47,559 nt of DNA. Origin: Folioceros fuciformis. Taxonomy: Eukaryota. A model generated the notes under the pieces. The model made no database searches. It had not been told where the DNA came from and worked only from the letters and a program-made list of their open reading frames with translations. Positions 24,956 to 36,793 of the stretch are shown here, piece by piece. Each line of letters opens with the position of its first letter. The stretch's first letter is position 1. The stretch covers positions 474,770 to 522,328 of the forward strand of contig JBNGIO010006373.1 of assembly GCA_049999805.1 (NCBI GenBank), given 5' to 3'. Both the position numbers and the translations under genes were made by a program.

Positions 24956-24984
24956 TACTTTCCTCATACTCGTAATGAGTACCC

Positions 24985-25855
24985 TTGTGATTGGCAAGGG
25001 GGGCCGCGACATTGCAAGAGAGAATGCAATGGAGCATGTGGCAGGTAAGAGCTGAGGAAGGATGGGAATGGGAGTTGAGTTTGTCAGGAGTTGAGGCCCA
25101 ATGTATTATGTGACAGGCTACCTGCTTGCTCTGGACCTGACAGCAAGGGACATTTCAGGCCGCTGCTAAGGTACAGCTGTATCAGATGGAGCTTAGAATT
25201 CCCTTCTATAGAGTGGAGTTGGCCTCTCATCGTTGTTGGTATTGTAGGCTAAAGGGATGCCCTGGATGGTGGCCAAGGGATACGACACTTTCACTCCCAT
25301 AAGCGACTTTGTGCGTCTTGAAAACACATTTCGCTATCAAAATGTGATAAGCTCGTAGGTGGGAACTCAGTTAACGTATTCCCGCTGCGTTTTGGCAGAT
25401 TTTGAAGAATGTGCCATCAGACGATGATCTTGAGCTGTGGTTGTAAGCGAGTTCCAGAGGCTTTTTGTTTATACAATGGGTACATGTCTGTCTCAGCTTT
25501 TGTGGTTGGCTGGCTGTGTAGGTTGATGGAGTCACAAAGCAGAAAGGCAACACACATGACATGATGTTCAAAGTTCCCTTCCTTATAGAGTTCATCAGCT
25601 CCATCATGACACTGAACGAGGGGGGATCTTATCCTTACAGGTACTGCATCTCTGTGGTTTGTGGCCCCCCTGAGACCTTGCGCTGCGATCACTGTAAGGC
25701 TGCAGCAGCATGGGTTTTCTTTTAACCATGCCCCATGTATTTGTCGTCAGGTACTCCTTCTGGTGTCGGACCAGTCAAGGGTGGCCGAAAAGTGAAGGCA
25801 GGGATCACAGGATAAACACAGAATTGTAAAGGCGCGACTGGTGTCGATCCGGTAG
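24985..25855 (+). pseudogene. 5'-truncated FAHD1 duplicate, including introns
   Basis: Closely matches 23105-23986. It has a +1 frameshift near 25151 (GGGACATTTCAG vs GGGAAATTCAG), a CAA>TAA change with a GT>GC donor near 25444-25448, a +1 G near 25621 and a deletion in the last exon. Confidence 0.9.
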
Positions 25856-25966
25856 AGGATGTGCCGAACATCTTTGCTCTTTAGGGGCCCCGAGGCTACG
25901 GTGCAGGGGCCGCAGATGGAGACCAAACATAACTGGACTAAATCTCTGTTTTGATAATCAATCTTG

Positions 25967-27108
25967 CTAAATTTCTTCAGTTGGTTGTGCCTCAATTTGA
26001 TACGGAACATTGGAAGTCCTGAAATCCCACTTCCTCTTTGCCCTATACGCTTCTATAGCTGCTAACCTCTTTCTTTCTTGCGAGACTGCGTCCACCTTCA
26101 GCTGCAAGGCAAAGTGAGCTAGTAAGGTCGAAGGTTGTTGAGAGTGGCAATTCAGACACCGTTACTTCGAGAAATGAAAGGAAACCGTTAGTCCTCACGC
26201 TCACCATTGCCTTTGTCGGGAACGAGAGCTTCGGAGGTGCTTGTACAACTTCTCCAAACTCGATCTTCTCATACTCATTCAGAGGCACAGCGTCATCCGT
26301 TTTATTTCCCATCCTTCTCTTTTTCTTCTTCTGAGACAAGTACCTGCGAGTTCGTGCCATCGGGTTCGATCCAGCTTTCTCAAACAAAAAGTCGAAACCC
26401 ACAAACAAAAGTTCGAGGACTGAGGAGTATAACTCACTGTTTGCGCTTTTGTTGAAGGCCCTGGCGTGGAGGAACGGCTTTGAATTTCTCAGCTAGAGCA
26501 AGCAGATCGTCCTCTTGTTTTCTTTTCCGCTTCTTTTTACGAGATCCTTCGTTGACGTCAACCAGACCTTCACCTACCTGCTTAAGCCCATCCTCGAGAT
26601 TTGGTTCTAATTTCTCTCCAGTCTCGGGTTTTGTAGAGGTTGCATCCGATACACCTTTCCTGCGACCTCTCATAAGCTGCACTAACGGGAAGTTGATCAG
26701 CTCTGCCAGTCCACCTTCACGCGGTTGCCTACGATGTGACTAGTCTAGTCAGAAGAGATAGTGAATTTGTTAAGCAACAGCAAATCTACCTTTCCACTTT
26801 TCGCATTCACGGTGGGAGCAATTCGTTTCCCTGGTTTCGGGCTATCTCTTGTCTTAGAAGCATCAGCACCTGCAACATAGGAAACGAACATGAGCTGTGG
26901 AAAACAGAGCTTTCTCGTGGTCAAAAAGTCAAGGAATCAGAACCTCACCACCTGCGGACATAGCCTTCGTCAGCTCCATTATACGCTTTAGCTTGTTGGG
27001 AATCGCAGACAGGTCCTTGCTTGACGGAGCTGGTGGTAGTCGGGTTGTAAGTCCATGTCCATCATTCAAGATGATTTCCTTCTTGCTTCCTGATTTTCCC
27101 CTTCCCAT
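25967..27108 (-). CDS. Lys/Arg-rich CCDC137-like protein (probably nucleolar), multi-exon
   Basis: N-terminus MGRGKSG...RLPPAP...IPNKLKRIM, motif EKIEFGEVVQAPPKL and last exon SQERKRLAAIEAYRAKRKW...EEI* (stop 25967-25969). Confidence 0.75.
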
Positions 27109-27831
27109 ATTGCTGGTACGTTCTTCGCTTTCCGAAGGTTGGGCTTACTCGAGCAATTGGCTTGGACTGCGAGACATGGTCACAGACCGGCAACTACCTG
27201 TGTTTGCCCGAACTATTAGTAGGGCTTTGAGCAGCTAGGGCTTAAGTTGGAGGCGAGAGCAGAAACTTTTATCTTGTGTTTAGAGCAACTGCGCGCAGGC
27301 GTGATGCGTGAGCGAGTGCGTTCTCTTGTGTGCAGGGAGGTGCTGTCTTTCCATGTTCCTGGCGCCTCAACCTATTTTGTATGAATTGTCTTACCCGCGC
27401 GTGAAGTGAATCAGGTATCGCTCTGTTTAGTGCTACATTTGCCGGAGGCCTTGAATAAGGGGTTTTGGGTTTTGTTGTCACAAAGAGGGGCAAGTGTTGT
27501 GCGCTGATGCCAAGGTTCAAGTCAGGTCCATGTCAGTACACTGACCAGGGCCGTTACAACCTTGGTAGAGAGATTGTGAGGCAGCCCTACGCAGTATGGC
27601 TGTTTTAGCCAATCTGTGGAAAGGCAGCTTCATGCTTGGGCTCATCGTTGCCAAGTAGCCTTTTATGGCTGCTTGAGCTCCATTTGGGTCCAACAAACGT
27701 TTCAGATTGAAGGCCTGTCATGCAATCTTGTCGTGGCTGCATCAGTACTGATCGGTTTGTTCGGACGATGTTTGTTTCTGTCACCGTCTGCGGTCTAGGA
27801 TGTGTAGACCCTGTCAAAATTTCCGATAGAG

Positions 27832-29409
27832 ATGGAGATGCAGGAAGGGGACCCTCTGACGGGTGGGGCAGAAGGAGTTCGTGATAGGGGCGAAGCTTTG
27901 AAAATTGAAGATGGACTCTCCCCGGTCAGAGTTTTGTCACTGCAGGCGTGCTGTGCATCGATACTTGTGATAGGAGTCTTGGGTGCTCCATCTCTCGTCC
28001 TCCATCCTCTGAAGGCACTCCAGTGCATCATGGTAATCGTTGTCTGGATACCTTCTGTTCATGATCATCTCTGTGAGACGTTTGCAGGGCACACTTCGAA
28101 CAGTACTGATTCCGTGGATGTCAAATTGCGCTGCCTAAACCTTTCGTTCGCTGCAGGCGCTCGTCTTGCCCTTCTTCATTTTGGCCTACGGGCTGTGTCC
28201 TCGTCATCTGTCTAGTGTATCAGTGAGGAATCTGTACTTGCTTCATGTGTCCCGTGAATCTTTGTCACGTTTCACAGTCTGATGGGTAAACGGTATGGTT
28301 TTTGTTCACAGACCTGCAAAGCTCTACTTCGAGGACTGTTGGGCTTCCCAGCTGGTCAGTGAGCATCCCAAGGTTGTCGAAAGTTTTGAATCTGACCTAG
28401 ATGCAAGTTATCTTTCCATACTTGGATACGGCATGTTTTATCCTTCATCTCACAAAAATACTCTCATGTTTGACAGGCATTGCTATTGCTTTTTTGTTTG
28501 CAACAGTATTCGGAGTGCCCCTTTCTCTGCAGTAAGTCTGAGGTCGTTTTCAGCCTTCTTTTACTAAAGCAGTGGTACTGATGCATACTTCTGTTCAGTT
28601 TTCTCTAACTGTGACCCCATGCACAGGTATGTTTGGCAGACGTTGCACTGGGCGGCACTCATGTCCGTGCTTGTGGTGCGTACTTTTGATCAGAGGATTG
28701 TTATATGGTAACGAGAATGCATGGAAAATAATGCCATGTCCGTGCTTGTGGTGCGTGCTTTTGATCAGAGGATTGTTTAATGGTAATGAGAATGCATGGG
28801 AAATAGTGGCTGCTGCCATCAGCAGGCCCGATGTTGGTACGTTGTTCTGGCAAAATACATGTTTTGCGTGTCCTGTCTTGTGAAAATGGTGACTGTCTGG
28901 CTCGTGTTGTGACTCCCAATCTTACGGTGCTCTTTAACGTTGGTGTAGATCGTACCAGCTGCTTCTGTATTAGGCCCATCAATATCTAGCTGGTGCCGCC
29001 TGTTTGGTGAAACAAGGTAAATGAATTACATGCCCTCCTAGTTTTCGTCAATTTTACGATCCGAATTGTTATGAAGGGTAACTAACATTCTGCACGCTGG
29101 ACATGAATCTAGTCCAAAGGGAGGACTAGAATTGTCAGTTTGTGTTCCTGCACACGGAGCGATTCTTGGGGCGTGGGTGGGAGCCTGGCCCATTCCTTTG
29201 GATTGGGATCGGCCTTGGCAGGTGATCATATTTTAAGCAAAGGAGCCTGTAGCCCTGGTCGCATCATGTGACCAACTGTGGTTTCTGAATGGTTGCAGGC
29301 TTGGCCCATCTCTTGCAGCTATGGCGCTATAGGAGGATACCTGGTGGCGGTTTGCTTATCGATGGTCCTCTGCTGCAAAAGAAGCGTGAGACGTGCAAAG
29401 CAGCATTGA
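27832..29409 (+). CDS. PIGF: Phosphatidylinositol-glycan biosynthesis class F protein (GPI anchor), multi-exon
   Basis: Signature GAILGAWVGAWPIPLDWDRPWQ|AWPISC, plus TLHWAALMSV and IVPAASVLG. Stop TGA at 29407-29409. Confidence 0.9.
28660..28808 (+). repeat. ~75-bp direct tandem duplication spanning a PIG-F exon end and its splice donor
   Basis: CATGTCCGTGCTTGTG|GTGCGT...GAGAATGCATGG occurs at 28660 and again at 28735. Confidence 0.9.
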
Positions 29410-30190
29410 AACTCCATTGTTAGGAAAGGTTGTCCAAACTCTCTGGATTCAACGTTTGATGGAGATCAATCTATTCATCGAACCGTCGCTAACATTCGTC
29501 CTACAATGAGTTGGTGGCAACGAGATCACTCTTGCATCCCTACCAGTCCGAGAGGAAGACTTGGAAAATTGCAAACCAGCCGGATTGAACCTGACCGGCA
29601 CGTGATTCAAGCTGCGTCCGTGAACACAGCATTCGGTGGTGGCAAAGCCAGTCCGTCCACTGGTCTGAGCTTGTCACACGAAATTCTGAGCAGTGGAGGA
29701 AATAGATGTGTACTGCGTTTGAAACATAGTCTTTATTTCAAATTAATACAGTTTTGAGTCTAGTACTAAGGATGTTGCAACATTGCTCTATCCAAGTGCC
29801 TCCAGCGCAGGCAGCAGAGATATATCGACAGCAGGCGAAGTGAAGAATGTAACCCTATACGGCAAAATTGCGGACCTTGCCTACACTTCATCGGTATCCT
29901 AGAACCAAAGAATTATAGTACATGAGAAGAGAAACACTTGTGGGGCCTGTAATAACATTATCACTATTCTATACTGCAGGAGTTTGTCCCCCAAGACATA
30001 GGTTACTGGTTTAAGAACAACGATGGGCAGTACCAGAACACATGCCCAGTTGAAGACCATCCGTCGTTTGCTAGTTTCACACCCTGCCCTTCGAAATCCC
30101 CACGTCAACAAGAGAGTTGCCGAAATTCTGGCCTCCAAACACCATTCCCGGAAAGGTCATGTTGAACAGACACAGTGTATGTTGTAGTCT

Positions 30191-30961
<771 letters not shown>

Positions 30962-32009
30962 TTTGACAGGTGGAATGCGCGGCCTTGCGGCAAGCAGGCG
31001 AGAGGCGGATCAACAAGGAAGGGCAAGGCAAGGGCAGGGCTGCGGGAGAACCCTGGACGGCTGCGTTCGCGGAGGCACAGGCAAAGGCACAGATTGCACG
31101 AGGCGAGAGGGAGGGAGGCGAGGAGGGAGAGGGGAAGCAGAGAGACCCGGATGGCAGCGAGCAGCAATGACGGGACTGCCGAACCGGCAGTAACGGCAAA
31201 CGGAGTAGTCCCAGGGCCAACAATAACCGTTCGTTATTTACAAAATAAATGGAATGCGAATTCAAATTTCCAGTCAGTGCTGGCCGAACAGTAACGGCGC
31301 GCCAAGCAGCAATGAATGCATGCCATGCCGCTATCACAGGGCCCGGGTCCCGGGCCCCGGCATCCCGGCTCTTGGCGAATTTAATACGTGTTACGGATAC
31401 GTGCGCCAAACGGATATAAGCTAGCGCGCCCCACGCAGTCCGTAACCTGGGCGGGGTCCGCGTACACCCCAGTTCCTTGGCAGTGTGGCACTGACACCGC
31501 CATCGCCGGCCAGCTGCCGGCATCGCGGATGTAATCCAAACCTCCAAAACTGTCCGACTGCCAATTCTGGATGCAGGCACTATTCTGAGATATGACACCC
31601 CGCCGCCAGGAGGCCAGGCCACCAGGCACCCGCTGGGCTCCGTGACCGAGGAAGAGGGCAAATGGCGTGGCAGGAACAAGGACAGTACAAGAGAGCGGGC
31701 CTGCCGCTGCTCGTGAATGGGGGGTGGGCTCTGGATACTTTTGATCTTGGTGGCAGACAGGGCGGTACATGTCTCATATCCCACTTCGCAAACAAGCCAC
31801 GCTGCCAGGACGAGCAGCATAGCTCCCCACTGCTTCACCACAACCAGACAAACCTGCTTGGTACCCGGGACCCTACATCATCAACAATGCATGCTTCCAC
31901 TGAATGTATATACAAAAAAGGTGGCCTCATCACTCGTTGTGGGTGCACCTACGGCCATCAACGGCACGCACAGCAACCTGGCAGGGCAGGAAACGTAACA
32001 TGCGCTGAT

Positions 32010-35000
32010 TTAGCGCAAGCTGGGAGATCCTGCTCGTCTTTGCATGTTCCTCCACTTGTCCTTTAGGTCAACACCAGTGCGGCTCCTGTCAAACTTGCCA
32101 GCTCCGAACTCTAGTATACGTTGCCACTGATAACCCCACGTACCGTCTTTCGAGAATCGTGCCACTCCCTCCTGCACAAGAACCACAAACATCGCCGAGA
32201 TGTGAGCCACATGGCGACCGCACATGTTCCCCTAACCCTAATTCATCGTTTTCCACCTACCCGTAACACTTGTTCTTCTTCAGTGGTCCATGGTAGTGCT
32301 TTTCTGCGGAGTCCAGGGACTGCCTTCCGCCCACTGATGGATCCGACACCCACATCAGGCTACAAGACCTGTTTCATCAGCCGCAGAGAAAGTAAACTTC
32401 AGGAAACGTCACCTGGACAATTTTCGATGAGCCTTGGACGTTCGGGACGTGGGGTCCCTCTCCCCATCATGCCTCTCGTCGGAAGCTCCTCGTTTGGGAG
32501 ATTCACATCCTGAAGACCCACCGCATACAGGGGAAGGAGCATCGCCTCCTGCGTCACTGGCAGCTTGATGCTCTTCACTTCCGGCAGTCGCTCCCGGAAA
32601 GACTTTCCCTTTCTCACCTGCACACAGGCAGGTACCAGCTGATGTACGATCACAGGAAGAATACCCACCGACGCACAAGAGACAAACTTCAGTTTGTCTC
32701 AATGAGCTGTGACAGTACCTTCTGCTTGCTCCACAGGGGGAACCTTAAATAGCTCAACCTCTTTAGATGCTGCCCCGGGGGAGCTATGTGGTCCACCAGC
32801 ACTTGAACACTCAGGCCCTTGCATTTGCCTTTGCTCTTGCCTTGGCGTTGGCCTGTCTTTCAAAGCTGCTAACGCTTTCTCTGCGTCCAACAGCTGCCTT
32901 TGAGCGAGCTTAGTAGCCTCCCTGGCCTGTACAAGAGCTTGCATTGCTTTCTTCCTCACACAGTAAGGGCACAACCACTTTCCGCTCTCATCCACAGAAC
33001 ACTGATCAAGGCCAAGACAGCTTTTGTGCATGGCAATCGGACATGCTTCACACGATATCATGGTTCCCGCATCTCCACAGAGGTGACAAACCTCATCATG
33101 ACCATCTTGCCCACGACATACGGAGAGTGTTTCTGTCAGCTTCTTCATCTCCAAATCCACAGCGTCCGACTCCTCGCCCTCTTGGCACCGTTCAGCTTCC
33201 CTGTTGCCAGGCTCCGAGAAACTTGCAGTCCGCTTCCTCTCAACCTTCTGACTGTCACTAGTGACGATCAAACGTTCAGCGCTTTCTTCTGCTTCCCCGA
33301 CCATTACCTCAACAGCATGCTCCACCGCTACAGCCTCAACTGTTAAACCGCCACACGTTGGCTGTGGAGGGCAATGCTCAACACCATCACGACCTGTGAT
33401 TGTCTTCAAGCCCGCAGTCTTAAAGCATTCCTCAAGGTTGATGACTTTAGGTCGTTTACAGCTGATCGATTCCAGAATTTGCACATCATCGTCATCAGAA
33501 GAGCATGCCCTTTTGCCAACTGAAGAACCGTTGCCATTGTTCGTATTTTCTCCACTTCTTGTGCCTGAGCATCCCTCCACACCCATCTGTCTCGCAATGG
33601 TTGTCTCTTGAAGCCCGGATTTGCTTGCGTTCATTGTGATTCCTTCCCTTGCATGCGTTGGACTGCCCAAAAGAGTTGGTTCCGTAGCGCTGCATCCTCC
33701 AACATCTTTCTGATGAGGGGGAGTGGATACATGAGCTGCATAAACATCCCCACCACCATGCGCGATGGGATCCGAAGAGGCTCCGCAATCAGCGAGAGCT
33801 GCAGCACCAGAGGCACTAGGTTCTCTGACAGTTCCATTGAGCTTTCCCATAGGTGGTGGAGGCAACAGGAGCTTCGAAGCTGGCTGCAGCACACAAATGC
33901 GACTTAGATCACATGCGCTTGAAGAACAGAAGCAATGATCTACTAACGCACACATTCACCTTCAAGACTGACGGTCACATACCACTGTACAGATTTTTCC
34001 ACAATCAGGGCAAGTCCAGTTGCATGTCAGCTGTTGGGCCAAACATTCAAGATGGTACGATGCTTTACAGCTATCACAAAACAGGAGGCCACCCCCCATG
34101 TTGCATTGATAGCATTTACCCGTCATTCGCTTCAGGGGAATGGTACGGGAGTTGCCATTCATTCTGGCTCTGCACCCAGAATGGAAACGTGCAGCAGCAC
34201 CTCCATCACCTATTGCATGCGTTGCATCGTCACTGTCAAGAGACTCCCTTAGTCTTTTTCGCTGATCCACTTGGCCCTTTCCTTGTTGCTTCCCGAAGTA
34301 CACAATTTCTGTTAGTGCATCGCTTTGTACAGACACTGTGGAGCTCATCCCATTGCAAGCCTCCGTCCCCTGCCCAGTGCCTTCAACATCTCTGGTCCTC
34401 ACAACGTTGTCCTTCACTCCAACTTTGGCTTCATGATTTCGAGGTGACTCTGCTCCATCTTCCTTACTTTCCACACACATTTGCTTCTGCATAGACTCTG
34501 GCCTGCGAGGAGGGTCACCTGCGGTTCCAGGTCCCAACCCTAACATCGCCTTTGCATTGTTGATGAAGTCTGCGTCAGGTGGTCTCACAACGTGGGGTTC
34601 CTCTCTGCCGCCAGACATCCTACCATTGGACACAGACATAGTCTGCACGTACGAGTTTGCGAGCTACATGATGGACAACGCAGCAAAATAATTAGAATGG
34701 ACAAGTGGTCTCCTTAAGCTTCAACGAGCTGATGCAGGTTGCAAAGACCGCTAATAAGTACAAAGAACGTAGCAACCCCTCGTTGGGTAAAGCTCCGATG
34801 CATTCGGCCTTGTGTTTAATGGAAGCATACATACGTAATCGATTTTTTTAACGCACCTGATCCAAAACAGGCTTGTCAAGAATTTTTTGTTTCTGCTGAG
34901 TAAATAGGGAGAGGTCTTTTCTCAAATTGGCATCCAAGGGTATCATATGGATGTCCTTNNNNNNNNNNNNNNNNNNNNNNNNNNNNNNNNNNNNNNNNNN

Positions 35001-35902
35001 NNNNNNNNNNNNNNNNNNNNNNNNNNNNNNNNNNNNNNNNNNNNNNNNNNNNNNNNNNGGATGTCCTTGCTCTGAAATCCAGCCAAGATCAAAATTCAGT
35101 ATCGGGCATTGGTTCTGGTCATCAAAGTCGCAACATCCATTTAAGTCTGCCTCTCGCCTACCTTGAAAACTGACAGAAGCTCGTTCCTCTGGGTCTGATT
35201 CACTGGACTGAGGTCTTCAAGGGGGAAGACAGCATTCAAGGTCTCCAGAAAAGCAGACCAATCAGGCTGTGTCTGTCTAACACAGGATATGACAGCCTGC
35301 CAGGCACGAATAATACCACCATCAGCTCATTCGCACACTTCCTCCACAAAAACTACCAACCCACCCCACCAAGGCGCTAGTCACTGCAAAAACAGAGGAC
35401 ATTCCAGCCCCCATCAGGGGCTGGGATTCTCACTGTCATCACCTCAATTTTCACACGATGCAGAAGCTTGCGGTCCCGCATTTTCTGCGCGATAACATCT
35501 CTACAAGAGCTGTTGTCCGACTCAAATGAGCACGCAGACGCCACCAGCGGGATGGCGGTAACATCAATCCTGTTTTTGACAATGGCTTCTTCCAAATACC
35601 GCAGAGCCATTCGACGTACAAGAGGGCGACATTCTGACTCCTCAATGTCGGGGACGTAACCCGCCAACCCTAAAGCAACGAAAACCGCCAAATCAGGCCA
35701 AGCTGATCCGCTCATCAAGGCCAGCTCAACCGACGAAAAAAACTGACAAGCACAACATCTCCCCGGACCAAACCCTCCACGCACCAATTCCGCGTGCAGC
35801 GAACCTACCTTTCACAATCGGAGTTCCAACATTCTTGTTATCCACGAGCTTCTCCAGTATCCACTGCCAAGCCCTTGGAGAAGCCGTGAAAGGCAGAGCC
35901 AT
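32010..35902 (-). CDS. PHD-finger plus C-terminal telobox-type Myb protein (TRF-like 10 type), multi-exon, spanning an assembly gap
   Basis: N-terminus AWQWILEKL...MALRYLEE. Two PHD-like Cys/His arrays (CYQC...CDSC...HLEC...CPDC and CHLC...CEAC...HKSC...CPYC). Myb end RTGVDLKDKWRNM. Confidence 0.8.
34959..35058. other. 100-N assembly gap
   Basis: N run flanked on both sides by the same 10-mer GGATGTCCTT. Confidence 0.99.
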
Positions 35903-36793
35903 GCTGCCAGAGCTCACATCGGACACCTAATTCTCACCTCCTAGCTCCCGCTGGAGAATTCCACAACACTGCCCTGAAGTATTTATACAGACAGCCATTC
36001 AGGAACATCCAGAAACACGTATCGGTATTGCATCTTCCGTAAGTCCAAGCCCACACATACCTTCTGTATAGGAACGTCCCTCGCAAACCCCTCTTTCCAG
36101 TTCTAGCTTGCCAGAACAGGTGCTGTGATTCTCGACCCAATTTTCCTCCAGCCAGCTACTTCACCAGACCCCGCTTCCGCCCGCTTCCTCCTCGGGGCAG
36201 CGATGTCGATTCGACCACACTAACCCAGCCTTCGTGCAACCCTCGCTGGCGTTCCAAGGCATCCAGCTCCAGGACCGGAGTGAGATCGAGCAGGGGAATG
36301 GCGTCCCGCGCAGTCGTGCGGAGACGATTCGATTCGCTTCTACGAATCGCATGGCGCTGGTAGGAATGAAGGAATTTGTTGGAGCAGCTGCAGGAACTGG
36401 CGAATTTCGAACCCGTTGGAAGGACCAGTTTGTGCGTCTTCAGCTGAAGACCTTTTGCTTTCTGAGTCGGGTTACAGGATTCCGATTCGTCACGGTCGTT
36501 GGAGGGAAACTCACACGGCGGCTGGGAAAATGATCGATAATTCATACGCGTCGTTTGCATGTCTAAACATGATTAGGGATGCCTTCAGCCTCCATCATCA
36601 AGCCACGTTAGGGCATCCGTGACGTACACATACTGTTTTGGTACGACAAGACTTACGACACCGCGAGGAGTTTGGTGACTGACATGGCAGCTTGGATTTT
36701 GGCGCTGCCTTTGATTCCTACAAAACTTTAGATGTTCTAAAAGTCACATGGTGGGCACATGGGAGATGGAGTCAGAAACCGCGGCTAGCGTCT

